This document shows positions 13,123 through 23,600 of a stretch of DNA of 64,000 bases, one piece after another (positions within the stretch are counted from its first letter, which is position 1; every line of letters starts with the position of its first letter). The DNA comes from Chlorokybus atmophyticus (lineage: Eukaryota; Plantae; Mesostigma and Chlorokybus algae). Both the position numbers and the translations under genes were made by a program. The stretch is taken from the NCBI GenBank assembly GCA_009103225.1, contig RHPI01001311.1:62001-126000 (forward strand), read 5' to 3'. The notes under the pieces were generated by a model, which saw only the letters and a program-made list of their open reading frames with translations, did no database searches and had not been told where the DNA came from.

Positions 13123-13888
13123 TGTAACAGTCAAGGCCAAATTCTGTGATTTTCATGGCCGTTTTAGGCCTTATTTGTAAGGTACATGTTTTTAATGACT
13201 TGTGGCGGATATCGGCGAGTTATGAGTCTGCCGCGGATATCGACCGGGGCCCCAAGACCAGTCCGGAAGGTGCCAGAAAACGGAGGGCCAGTCGAGAAGG
13301 GCTCGACCAGATTTCTGGAAGGGCCTGGCGCCAAGTAGTATAACTTGACCATATGAGCAGCAAATTAGGAGATCTTTGGTGCGTTGGAAAGGTCTAGAAG
13401 TGTACTACAAGATTCTGCAAGAATATCTTAGCTTCTAGGTCCGTCTAGCGCTAGAATCGTCTAGACAGTAGCATGTGCAGACTGGTAGGTATAAAAGTGA
13501 CATTCTACAATTTGCAATACAACCTTTAGCTCCCTAGTTTCTGGTGTGCAAGCTTGGTGGTGGTTAGCATAGGTTGCTAGCGTGTGTCCACCGGTGTGTG
13601 CTTGCTTGTGTGACGATCCAAGGCGCTACACGAGTCGGTGTGTAGCTTCGAGCGCATGTGCGTGCGTACGCGAGTGGCGGGGCGCGCGTGTGTGCTTGGC
13701 AGAGGGGGCAAGGTTCCGGTGTGAATACCGTGTCTTGGTGAGAGGGTTGTGGATTGGACCAACTCACAGGTGACAAGGCACGAGCACCGTCACAACTGGT
13801 ATCGGAGCACGGTTTACAAAGGTGAGAGAGGAAGTGTGTGGGCGTTTACACTTTTCATTCGGAAGCGGAGTGTAGTGTGTTAGTGGAG

Positions 13889-14917
13889 ATGGAGGATGCT
13901 CGCATGGAAGAGCTTCAAGCTGCCATCTTGGCACTGAGGGAAGAGCTTCATCACACTCAAGCGGCGGCACAAGCACAACGCGAGGCGTATGAGCATGCGA
14001 TGGCGCGTGTACAAATTCCCATGGCATCAAGCTCGCGCGTGCATGTGAAGGTGCCAAAGCCCAAGCCATTCAGGGGTCAACGTGATGGAGATGCAGTGGA
14101 TGAATGGATTTTTCAAGTATCGTCTTGGTTGAAGCTCACGGAGGTGCCCACGCATCTGCACGTGGAGGTTGCAGCGACATTGCTTGAAGGTGCAGCACTT
14201 GTGTGGTGGAGGCATCGATGTACGCGTGTTGCAAACGGGTTGGCGCTACCATTGACCACCATGGAAGAGTTGGCACTGGAGGTCAGGCATCAATTTGTTC
14301 CCGTTGAGAGCGTGAAGGCCGCACGCGACAAACTTGCAGCCCTTGTGCAAATGGGGTCGGTGATGGCGTACACGGCCGCGTTTCAGCGATTGGTGATGTC
14401 CATACCCAATATGACCGAGGAGGAGCAGTTGGACAGGTATACACGTGGTTTAAAACCTTTGGGGCGTAAAGAAGTGGAGCTACGGGACCCGAAGACACTC
14501 GCGGAGGCTATACGCATCGCGGAGCGTCTCGACGCGTTGTACTTCAAGTCCACCACAAGAAACACTGACTGGAGGCAAAGGCATGGTGATCAGCCCCGGG
14601 GAGGCTTTCAACATGCATGGAGACGAGGAGAACCAAGTTCAGCACTTGCCAATGGAGGTGGAGCTGACTCTGGGCCTGCACCAATGGAGGTGGGTGCCAT
14701 ACACACGCATGGAAGTGAGGCGAAGCACGGCGGACGTGGTGAAAGAGGTAAAGGTGTGCGCAAGTGTTATGCGTGTGGGTCGACGGAGCATTTGGCGTAC
14801 GGATGCCCCAAACGAAGCACGCAAAGGCCAACACCGGATGGCAACCCTCGCCGTGATCGTCGCGTCAACACCATGGAGCAAAATGGCGTGGAGCAGGAAA
14901 ACGACTTCCCCCAGTAG
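13889..14917 (+). CDS. gag: Chromovirus Gag (capsid plus CCHC zinc knuckle)
   Basis: VKVPKPKPFRGQRD...EWIFQV; Ty3 capsid-like W...F...F region; CYACGSTEHLAYGC. The ATG at 13889 is the assumed start. Confidence 0.92.
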   Translation: MEDARMEELQAAILALREELHHTQAAAQAQREAYEHAMARVQIPMASSSRVHVKVPKPKPFRGQRDGDAVDEWIFQVSSWLKLTEVPTHLHVEVAATLLEGAALVWWRHRCTRVANGLALPLTTMEELALEVRHQFVPVESVKAARDKLAALVQMGSVMAYTAAFQRLVMSIPNMTEEEQLDRYTRGLKPLGRKEVELRDPKTLAEAIRIAERLDALYFKSTTRNTDWRQRHGDQPRGGFQHAWRRGEPSSALANGGGADSGPAPMEVGAIHTHGSEAKHGGRGERGKGVRKCYACGSTEHLAYGCPKRSTQRPTPDGNPRRDRRVNTMEQNGVEQENDFPQ

Positions 14918-17900
14918 GTGAGGAGGCTACTGCTGGGGATAGGAAGGAGCCTCATGCACGGACGGATGCTGTGACATTTCCATTAAAGAAGCAAGAAGAG
15001 ATGGCTTTGAACGCGCCAATGGTGGTGAGTTATGCAAACGAGGAGACAACAAAGTACTTCGGGCTTCGAGCACACATTTGCGATGACCAAGGACGATGGA
15101 GAGAGTGTAAGCTCATGATTGATAGCGGTGCCAACAGCAACTTTATGAGTATTGATATTGCGCGGCGTTACGGTTGGCTTTCGTCATTACGAGGAGGTGA
15201 AGTGAAGCTCGCTGATGGAGAGCCACCCTCTGGAGGTGATGGCGCTGCGTTTATGACCAAAGAGTTGTGCGTTCGCATTGGGAAGATGAAGGAGAGCATG
15301 CGATTTTGCTGCATCACCCTACGGAACGGGTTTGATGGGATTTTGGGACTACCGTGGCTATGGCAACATAATCCAGCCATCAATTGGAGGAAGCGCGTGC
15401 TCACCATCGAGCGAAACGGTGGAGAGTCCATTCAAGCTGCATCGGACGTCATCGAGGCGCGGCACGCACAATTAGGTGGTACGACAATTGCCCAGATCTC
15501 TTATGTGCAATTGAGGAAGTTATTGTCTCCACGGAAGGCAAAGGCTGCATGGTTGTGCGTGGTGCGCGAAAACACTGCAAAGTCAGCACCGGAGCTGAGT
15601 GACGATGTTCAGACGGCTACTATGGACCCCGAGGTGTGTAAACTTGTTAAAGAATACCAAGATATCATGGTGGACGGACTTCCATCTGGTCTACCACCTC
15701 CACGGAGCGTAGACCACCGTGTGGAGCTGATTGAGGGCGTGCACAAGCCACCGTATCGACCCGTATACAAGTTGTCACCTTTGGAACTGGAAGAGGCCGA
15801 GAGGCAGGTGGCGGACTTGCTGGAAAGAGGCTACATCAGGCCTAGTAAGTCCCCCTATGGTGCACCTATTTTGTTTGTACGAAAGAAGAACGGGAGCTTG
15901 CGCATGTGCGTCGACTACCGAGCTCTCAACAACATCACGAAGAGGAATTGCTTTCCACTCCCACGTATCGACGAGTTGCTGGAGCAATTGCAAGGTGCGC
16001 AGTACTTCACAACACTTGATCTTGCTGGAGGTTATCACCAAATTCGCATCGCGCCCGAGGATGTGGAGAAAACAGCTTTTAACACACGTTATGGGCACTA
16101 CGAGTGGTTGGTCATGTCCTTCGGACTTACGAACGCACCGGCAACATTTCAAACGCTTATGAACAGCGTTTTTGCTGACTTGATTGGTAAGGGAGTCCTC
16201 GTGTACCTCGACGACATTTTGGTGTACGCGACAACAAAGGAGGAGCACGTGGCACTTCTACGGCGCGTGTTGCAGCGTTTGCGCGAACACAAGTTGTACG
16301 CCCAGCTACAAAAGTGCAAATTCTTGCTTCGAGAGGTGGAGTACCTAGGCCACATTGTGTCGCATGAAGGCATCAAGCCGGACCCCAACAAAGTGCAGGT
16401 GGTGCGCGAGTGGGCTGCCCCGACCAATGTAAAGGAGGTGATGTCCTTTTTAGGCCTTGCGGGGTATTATCGCAAGTTTATCATGGGGTTTTCGCGCATA
16501 GCTGCTCCCTTGACTACCCTACTCAAGAAGGGAAAGCATTGGAGCTGGTCAGCAACAGAGGAACATGCATTTGCTGCGTTGAAGAAGGCGCTGACGGAGG
16601 CACCAGTCCTGGCTCACCCCAACATGGAAAAGACATTTATTTTGGCTTGCGACGCGTCCGACACAGCCGTAGGAGCTGTTTTGCAGCAAGACCATGGCAA
16701 CGGCCTTCAACCAGTAGCATTCTTCAGCAAAAAGATGAGTGGTGCGGAGCTGAATTACCCCGTGCACGAGAAGGAACTTTTAGCGCAAGTCATGGCGCTA
16801 CGACAATGGCGTTGTTTTTTGGAAGGCAAAAAGTTCGTGCTTGAGACGGATCACTCTCCACTGAGGTACTTACAAACACAACCTCATCTGAGTCGCAGAC
16901 AAGCTCGATGGCTTGAGTTCTTTCAACTTTTTGACTTCGATATCAAGTACAAGCCCGGTACGTCAAATGGTGTTGCTGACGCGCTGAGCCGGCTTAATGC
17001 AATTGAGGCACTCGCTCAAGTGCAGCCCGAGTGGACCGACCAGATTCGGCAAGTGCTTCGTGAAGACACGGAGGGTATGAAAGTGTTGCAAGAGCTGGAA
17101 AATACAGCTACGGACACAAGTGGGCACTGGTCAATGCGCGACGGGCTGCTGTGGCACCATGGGCGCTTGTACATCCCCAACGTCGCGCATATCCGTGTGA
17201 AGTTGCTGAAGGAAGCTCATGACGTGCCCATTGCTGGTCACCAAGGGTTGGAAAGGACTTTGGCAAGCTTAAAACAGCGTTTTTACTGGCGAGAGATGCA
17301 TCGCGATGTGCGCGACTACGTGGCGTTGTGCGACGCATGCCAAAGGGTGAAGGCAAGCAACCAAAAGCCAGGTGGGTTGCTGCAACCTCTCCCTGTGCCA
17401 TTGTCCAAGTGGGAGCAAGTTACCATGGACTTTATCACGGGGCTACCAAAGACAAAAGAAGGGTACGACGCTATACTTGTGTTCGTCGATAAAACCAGCA
17501 AAATGGTACGCTTGGCACCGTGTAGTGAGTCTTGCACGGCACCGGAGGCAGCACGCTTGTTCGTGAAGCATGTATTTCGTTCTCATGGATTACCACGAAG
17601 CATTGTGAGTGATCGCGACCCGCGCTTTACAAGTAAGTTTTGGGAGGCGCTGCATAGTGCACTGGGTACCACACTGAAGTTTAGCACGGCATTCCACCCG
17701 CAAACTGATGGGCAAACGGAGCGGGCCAACCGTGTGATCGAGGACATGCTGCGTTGCTACGTTAACGCGCGACAAGACAATTGGGAGGAGCTGCTTGAGT
17801 TGGTTGAGTTTGCGATCAACAACCACCACAATGCAAGCACAGGTGTCACTCCCTTCCTTATGAACTACGGGCAACATCCATTGACACCGTTGACGGCATG

Positions 17901-18504
17901 GACACCGCGACGACATGACGTGCGTGTGGAGGCAGCTAATGACTTCCTTACAAAGTGCGCGGACATTAACAAGGCAGCTAGGGATGCGTTATTGGTGGCA
18001 CAAAATCGGCAGAAGCAGTACGCGGACGCGCATCGCCGACACCTCACGTTTCAGGAAGGCGACATTGTGTTACTCTCCGCGAAGCACGTCCAGGTGCGTA
18101 CGGGAGTTCGCAAGCTGAATGAACGCTGGTTGGGACCATTTAAGGTCAGCAAAGTTATCTCGGACGTGGCGTACAAGTTGGAGCTACCCGACACCATGCG
18201 TGTGCACCCCGTTTTTCACGTCTCCCTTCTGAAAGCATATCGAGGACAACCGCCAGAAAGGCCACCCCCCGAAGTTGGCACGGACGGTGAACCCGAGTGG
18301 GAGGTAGAAGACATCCTTGGTGAGAAGTTTGTGCATGGCGTACGCAAGTTCTTAGTGAAATGGAAGGGCTATCCGTTGCATGAAGCATCCTGGGAGCCAG
18401 AGGCACACTTGACTAATGCTCAAGACGTTGTGCGTGCCTATCTTGCTCGACGACAACCTCGCGAGCTTCGAGGACGAAGCTCACCTGGGGGGGGAGGAGT
18501 GTAA
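14896..18504 (+). CDS. pol: Chromovirus Pol (PR-RT-RNase H-integrase-chromodomain), -1 frame relative to gag
   Basis: IDSGA protease; YLDDILV RT; CDAS RNase H; HHCC plus DDE integrase; WEVEDIL...LVKWKGY...SWEP chromodomain. Uninterrupted ORF, open from the GGAAAAC site at 14896-14902. Confidence 0.95.
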   Translation, partial: GKRLPPVGEEATAGDRKEPHARTDAVTFPLKKQEEMALNAPMVVSYANEETTKYFGLRAHICDDQGRWRECKLMIDSGANSNFMSIDIARRYGWLSSLRGGEVKLADGEPPSGGDGAAFMTKELCVRIGKMKESMRFCCITLRNGFDGILGLPWLWQHNPAINWRKRVLTIERNGGESIQAASDVIEARHAQLGGTTIAQISYVQLRKLLSPRKAKAAWLCVVRENTAKSAPELSDDVQTATMDPEVCKLVKEYQDIMVDGLPSGLPPPRSVDHRVELIEGVHKPPYRPVYKLSPLELEEAERQVADLLERGYIRPSKSPYGAPILFVRKKNGSLRMCVDYRALNNITKRNCFPLPRIDELLEQLQGAQYFTTLDLAGGYHQIRIAPEDVEKTAFNTRYGHYEWLVMSFGLTNAPATFQTLMNSVFADLIGKGVLVYLDDILVYATTKEEHVALLRRVLQRLREHKLYAQLQKCKFLLREVEYLGHIVSHEGIKPDPNKVQVVREWAAPTNVKEVMSFLGLAGYYRKFIMGFSRIAAPLTTLLKKGKHWSWSATEEHAFAALKKALTEAPVLAHPNMEKTFILACDASDTAVGAVLQQDHGNGLQPVAFFSKKMSGAELNYPVHEKELLAQVMALRQWRCFLEGKKFVLETDHSPLRYLQTQPHLSRRQARWLEFFQLFDFDIKYKPGTSNGVADALSRLNAIEALAQVQPEWTDQIRQVLREDTEGMKVLQELENTATDTSGHWSMRDGLLWHHGRLYIPNVAHIRVKLLKEAHDVPIAGHQGLERTLASLKQRFYWREMHRDVRDYVALCDACQRVKASNQKPGGLLQPLPVPLSKWEQVTMDFITGLPKTKEGYDAILVFVDKTSKMVRLAPCSESCTAPEAARLFVKHVFRSHGLPRSIVSDRDPRFTSKFWEALHSALGTTLKFSTAFHPQTDGQTERANRVIEDMLRCYVNARQDNWEELLELVEFAINNHHNASTGVTPFLMNYGQHPLTPLTAWTPRRHDVRVEAANDFLTKCADINKAARDALLVAQNRQKQYADAHRRHLTFQEGDIVLLSAKHVQVRTGVRKLNERWLGPFKVSKVISDVAYKLELPDTMRVHPVFHVSLLKAYRGQPPERPPPEVGTDGEPEWEVEDILGEKFVHGVRKFLVKWKGYPLHEASWEPEAHLTNAQDVVRAYLARRQPRELRGRSSPGGGGV

Positions 18505-19468
18505 CAGTCAAGGCCAAATTCTGTGATTTTCATGGCCGTTTTAGGCCTTATTTGTAAGGTACATGTTTTTAATGACTTGTGGCGGATATCGGCGAGTTAT
18601 GAGTCTGCCGCGGATATCGACCGGGGCCCCAAGACCAGTCCGGAAGGTGCCAGAAAACGGAGGGCCAGTCGAGAAGGGCTCGACCAGATTTCTGGAAGGG
18701 CCTGGCGCCAAGTAGTATAACTTGACCATATGAGCAGCAAATTAGGAGATCTTTGGTGCGTTGGAAAGGTCTAGAAGTGTACTACAAGATTCTGCAAGAA
18801 TATCTTAGCTTCTAGTTCCGTCTAGCGCTAGAATCGTCTAGACAGTAGCATGTGCAGACTGGTAGGTATAAAAGTGACATTCTACAATTTGCAATACAAC
18901 CTTTAGCTCCCTAGTTTCTGGTGTGCAAGCTTGGTGGTGGTTAGCATAGGTTGCTAGCGTGTGTCCACCGGTGTGTGCTTGCTTGTGTGACGATCCAAGG
19001 CGCTACACGAGTCGGTGTGTAGCTTCGAGCGCATGCGTGCGTGCGTACGCGAGTGGCGGGGCGCGCGTGTGTGCTTGGCAGAGGGGGCAAGGTTCCGGTG
19101 TGAATACCGTCTTGGTGAGAGGGTTGTGGATTGGACCAACTCACAGGTGACAAGGCACGAGCACCGTCACATGGAGGGAGTGCATGAGGCAATGCTGCGG
19201 CTGCCAGGGGTGGAAGCCGCACGACAACGGCGGCGCATCGCCATTGCTCATGAGCTACACGCACAGCAAACTGACCTCCGGCGCACCATACGCACGCGCG
19301 CCATGACCGTGCTCGATGTGGGAGTGGTACAAGGAAGGTGGGATGCCTACATGGCAGGGATCTTGCGAGTCCCTACCATCACCCATGACATGCGGCAACA
19401 GCTACTACGCGCCGTATACCTGCAGCCCATGTCTCAATATCATCACTGGACCGACATGGACACCGAGC

Positions 19469-20589
19469 TGTCGTGCCTGCCATGGTCGAGGGCAACCTTG
19501 TCTCGGACAGGCTGCGAAGGAGTACTAGTGCTGCACGCATGCTAGTGCCGTGCATTGCATTGGAGTCATGTAAGCAAAAAACAACCCCCCAATCGTGGGC
19601 ATAGGCTTGAAGCTGAGCCTACGCGGTGTTCAGTGCAGTGAACGCGCCGATGCCGCTCGCCACCTTTGTGTACAGACTGTGTCGTAGTGCACACAGTCAA
19701 CAAGCCACTACGATAGGTAGTGCTGTGGACACAGTTCTTTGCATGAGTGGATAGAATGATACACTGTTAAGTGAGGTGAATGAGTGTGCAACACGTGGAT
19801 ACAACACCCTAACTACTGAAACAACACACCTCCGTCAAGCTCACAGCAATGACAGGCACAGCGCACAAGAGCATGCACCGTGTCTCACGCAGTAAGGGAA
19901 TTCTTGGCAACTGGGGCAGCGTGCTTCCAGTTCAAGTCGCTTCACAAGCTCTTTAGAAACAGAGTCTGTACTTCTTAGTACTCACAGTACTCACTTACAG
20001 TGTCACCAGTTAGTCTGGTGACGTGACTTCCTACTTATACATGTCAAATCATGACTGTGCAGTGCCACGCGGGCACTAGGCCAACGGTCACATCGAGGCC
20101 TCATGCTATTTTGGAAATCTCCTAAGACTCGATATAGCACATGTGTTATTAACAGACTTACAAGTGATCAGCTACGCGCGGTCCCTACAGACACGTCTAT
20201 AAAGTAGCCTTAGCTACATGCTACATGAGCGGTACAGTAGCTAGCAGTAGACTGGGGCTCGCGCGGTTTTAATGCTGGTAGCCCGGGCGTGGGGCTGGGT
20301 GTAGGCATGCTCAAGAAGGACTGGCATGCGAGGGTAGATGGCATGACAGCCGTCGTGCCTGCCATGGTTGAGGGCAACCTTGTCTCGGACAGGCTGCGGA
20401 GGAGTGCTAGTGCTGCACGCATGCTAGTGCCGTGCATTGCATTGGAGTCATGTAAGCAAAAAACAACCCCCCAATCGTGGGCATAGGCTTGAAGCTGAGC
20501 CTACGCGGTGTTCAGTGCAGTGGACGCGCCGATGCCGCTCGCCACCTTTGTGTACAAACTGTGTCGTAGTGCACACAGTCAACAAGCCA
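19469..20589 (-). repeat. E2 3' terminal block B1-GC-A2-B2
   Basis: The 226-bp b segments at 19469-19694 and 20351-20576 are nearly identical. 19695-20348 is nearly identical to 29827-30486. Confidence 0.92.
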
Positions 20590-20635
20590 CCCCCCCTGAG
20601 ATTCTGGGGTAGCCCTCTGCTCCAGAACTCAGTTC

Positions 20636-23600
20636 CTACCGACTGTGTGGGGGACCGTTGATGCGGCAGTCATCGCACCAGTACTCCCACAAGGGTACTG
20701 CATCCAGTGGAGGGTCAAGGCAGTAGCAGTGCATGCCTTGATTACAGCCGTCGCATAACATCATCAATGGGTCGTCGTCGGCGCTGCCACACTTCTCGCA
20801 TCGGGTGCTGCGCAGCGGACGCGGGTGCTGGATCTTGGTGAAGCCAGCAATGTATGGGAGATGACAGGGCGCGCAGTTGCCCATGTTGTCCTTCATGCGC
20901 TCGCCTCGTTGTCCCAACAGGTCCAGTACCCCTGTGGGGTGCACCTTCAATACCTTGTAGACAGCACGCCCGACGGAGGTATCGAGGGTGTCGCGTGTAG
21001 ACGCCATACGGTAGACGAAGTCTCCTGACTCGAAGCGGCGCTCCCGCTCCTTGTAGAATCCACTGCGCACACGCTCGTAATGCAGCGTGTCGCGGTACTG
21101 CGCGATGCGCAGGTTGTTGAAGGCCATGGGGACTGTGTGTTCGAACAGCGCACTGCGCACTGTCAGATCATACAACATCTCGTCGGGGTTGTCGAGATTG
21201 TCCACCACTCTGTCGACCTCCTGCTGTGCGCGGAAAGGGAGCAATGGCTGCCTTCCGAACAGTAGATAATATGGGCTGTACTCTCGCAGGGCTGCCTGCT
21301 TGGACAGCTGGTAGCCCATTGCTACCCATGGGAGGTGATCATCGCAGGTATTCTTCTCGTAGGCGAGGACGTACTTGCGCAGTGCCTTCTTGATGGTCTG
21401 CACGGTACGCTCGGCGAGGCCGTTGACCTGCGGGTGGTCGCGTGAGGTGCGACGGTGGTCGATGAAGCATCTGTCGATAAGCTTGTCGAAGGCTCCTCTG
21501 AACTCCGTACCCTGGTCGGTGATGACTTCAGCGCAGCTGCCGAAGCGTCCGAGTACATGGGAGAGGAAAGCCTGGGCTACTCCCTCACTGCTCTTGTCGG
21601 GCAGGGGCACCAGCTCCACCCACTTGGAGAAGTGCTCGATCATGACGAGGATGTAGCGGTTGCCTCGCGCTGAGGGTGCTAGGTTCCCGAGGATGTCCAG
21701 TCCCCAGCGGTAGAACAACCCGGAAATGGGAAGGGGATGCAAGGTGGCGTTGCGCGTGTTGAGGCTGGCGCGAACCATGTCACACTGCTGACAGTTGCTG
21801 ACGAACTCCCGCACCTGTCTGTGCACCCCATACCACCAGTACTGGGTCCTGACCAGGCTGACCGTGCGCTTGACACCGAAGTGCCCGAGCTCGGTGTGAA
21901 GGGAGGAGATGATGCCTTCACGTGCAGCTGGTGTGGGGACCTCCTGATCTGCATCTTGTATCCGTCAATACAGCCTGTCGTTGGCCCAGCGGTAACGCTG
22001 AGTGCGTTGCCGGACGCGATCCTTCTCGCGTGCGCTCATGCCTGCTGGAAGTTGTGTAGTCTGAAAGCAGTGCGAGGGATGGCTCGTCCAGCCAGATGTC
22101 TTGTCGTGTGTGGGTGGGTGCCAGTTCCTCATCATCCACCTCAGGGTCGGCAGCGATTGCTTCTTCTGATAAAGGATCGGTGGTGGTGATGGCGGGCTTG
22201 AGAGCGGGCATGTCCCCGTCTGCTGCTGCTACAGCGATCTGAGTCCTGCGTCCTGAGCGTAGCGCAGCGACAGCGAACATGGTGGCCACACCTGAAGGTG
22301 CAGCTGTAGGACTCAACTCATGTCGGGCGCCTGTGGCGTCGTTGGTGCTGAGGTGGGGGTTACGGCTGAGGCCATCCGCATCCTGGTTGGCAAGGCCTGC
22401 GCGGTGTTCCACCTCAAAGTCGTACTCCTGGAGCAGCAGCGCCCATCGTGCTAACTTTCCTGTCAAGTGCTGGTTGTTCATTGGCCACTTGAGGGGTTGA
22501 TGGTCAGTGACCAGTTGAAACTGTCGTCCAAACAGGAAGGGTCGGAAGAAGGAGATGGCCCACACTGCGGCGAGACACTCCCCTTCGTAGCTGCTGTAGT
22601 TGGCCTCAGCACTGTTGTTGCTGCGGCTGGCGTACGACACTACGCGCTCCTTCTTGTTGTTGTCATGCTGTACGAGCACGGCCCCCATGCCGAGCTTGCT
22701 CCAGTCTGTGTGCAGGATGAACGACCTGGTGTAGTCAGGGCGTTGCAGAATGGGAGCTGTGGTGAGGCGGAGCTTCAGCTCCTGAAAGGCCTCCTGTTGT
22801 GCCTCCTTCCACAAGAACTCGGTGTCCTTCTTCAGTAGTTCGTTGAGAGGCCTTGCGATCTTGGCAAAGTCCTTGACAAACCGGCGGTAATAGTTGGCAA
22901 GGCCGAGGAAGGCCCGCAGCCGCGTGAGGTCTGTGGGGGCAGGGATAGCCACCAGTGCCTCCACTTTGGCCTGCTGTACGTACACACCATGGGGCACAAT
23001 CATGTGTCCTAGGTAGGGTACCTTGTGGGTGAAGAAGGTGCACTTGTCAGGGTGCACCGTCATCCCGACTTCCTTCAGCCTCTGTAGCACCTCTTCGATG
23101 TGCTGGAGATGCTCCTCATTGCTGTGACTGAAGATGAGGATGTCGTCGATGTAGCAGCGTGCGAAGTCCAACCCCTTGAGGGCTTTGTCCATGACGCGCT
23201 GGAACTTGGCCGGAGCGTTCTTCAGTCCGAAGGGCATGACCTTCCACTGGTACAGCTGCCGGTTTCCCCAGAAGGAAGTCTTGTGCTTGTCCTCCTCCTT
23301 GATGGCGATCTGGTTGTACCCTTGGCGCATATCCAGGATACTAAAGACCGTGCAGTCTCCTACATCGTCAAAGATGCCTTCTGCGGTAGGCATTGGATAC
23401 CTGTCCTGCTTGGTCTTGTTGTTGAGGGGGCGATAGTCGCCACACATGCGCCGGTCTGTCCAGTTGCCTGCTGAATCTTTCTTCAGGGGCATGACGGTCG
23501 CGGCCGCAAAGTCCGATGTGGACTCCTCGATCAGGCCTGCATCTAGTAGCGCCTTGCACCTCTGTTCCACCAAGTCTTCTTCTAGCTTGGAGAGGCGGTA

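Larger units (their letters stand above)
13123..19171 (+). mobile_element. Intact Ty3/gypsy chromovirus LTR retrotransposon, recent insertion
   Basis: LTRs 13123-13794 and 18500-19171 (672 bp, TG...CA; by eye 1 substitution and two 2-nt indels). TSD TGGAG (13118-13122, 19172-19176); PBS TGGTATCGGAGC 13797-13808 (tRNA-iMet type); PPT GGGGGGGGAGGAG 18487-18499. Confidence 0.97.
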
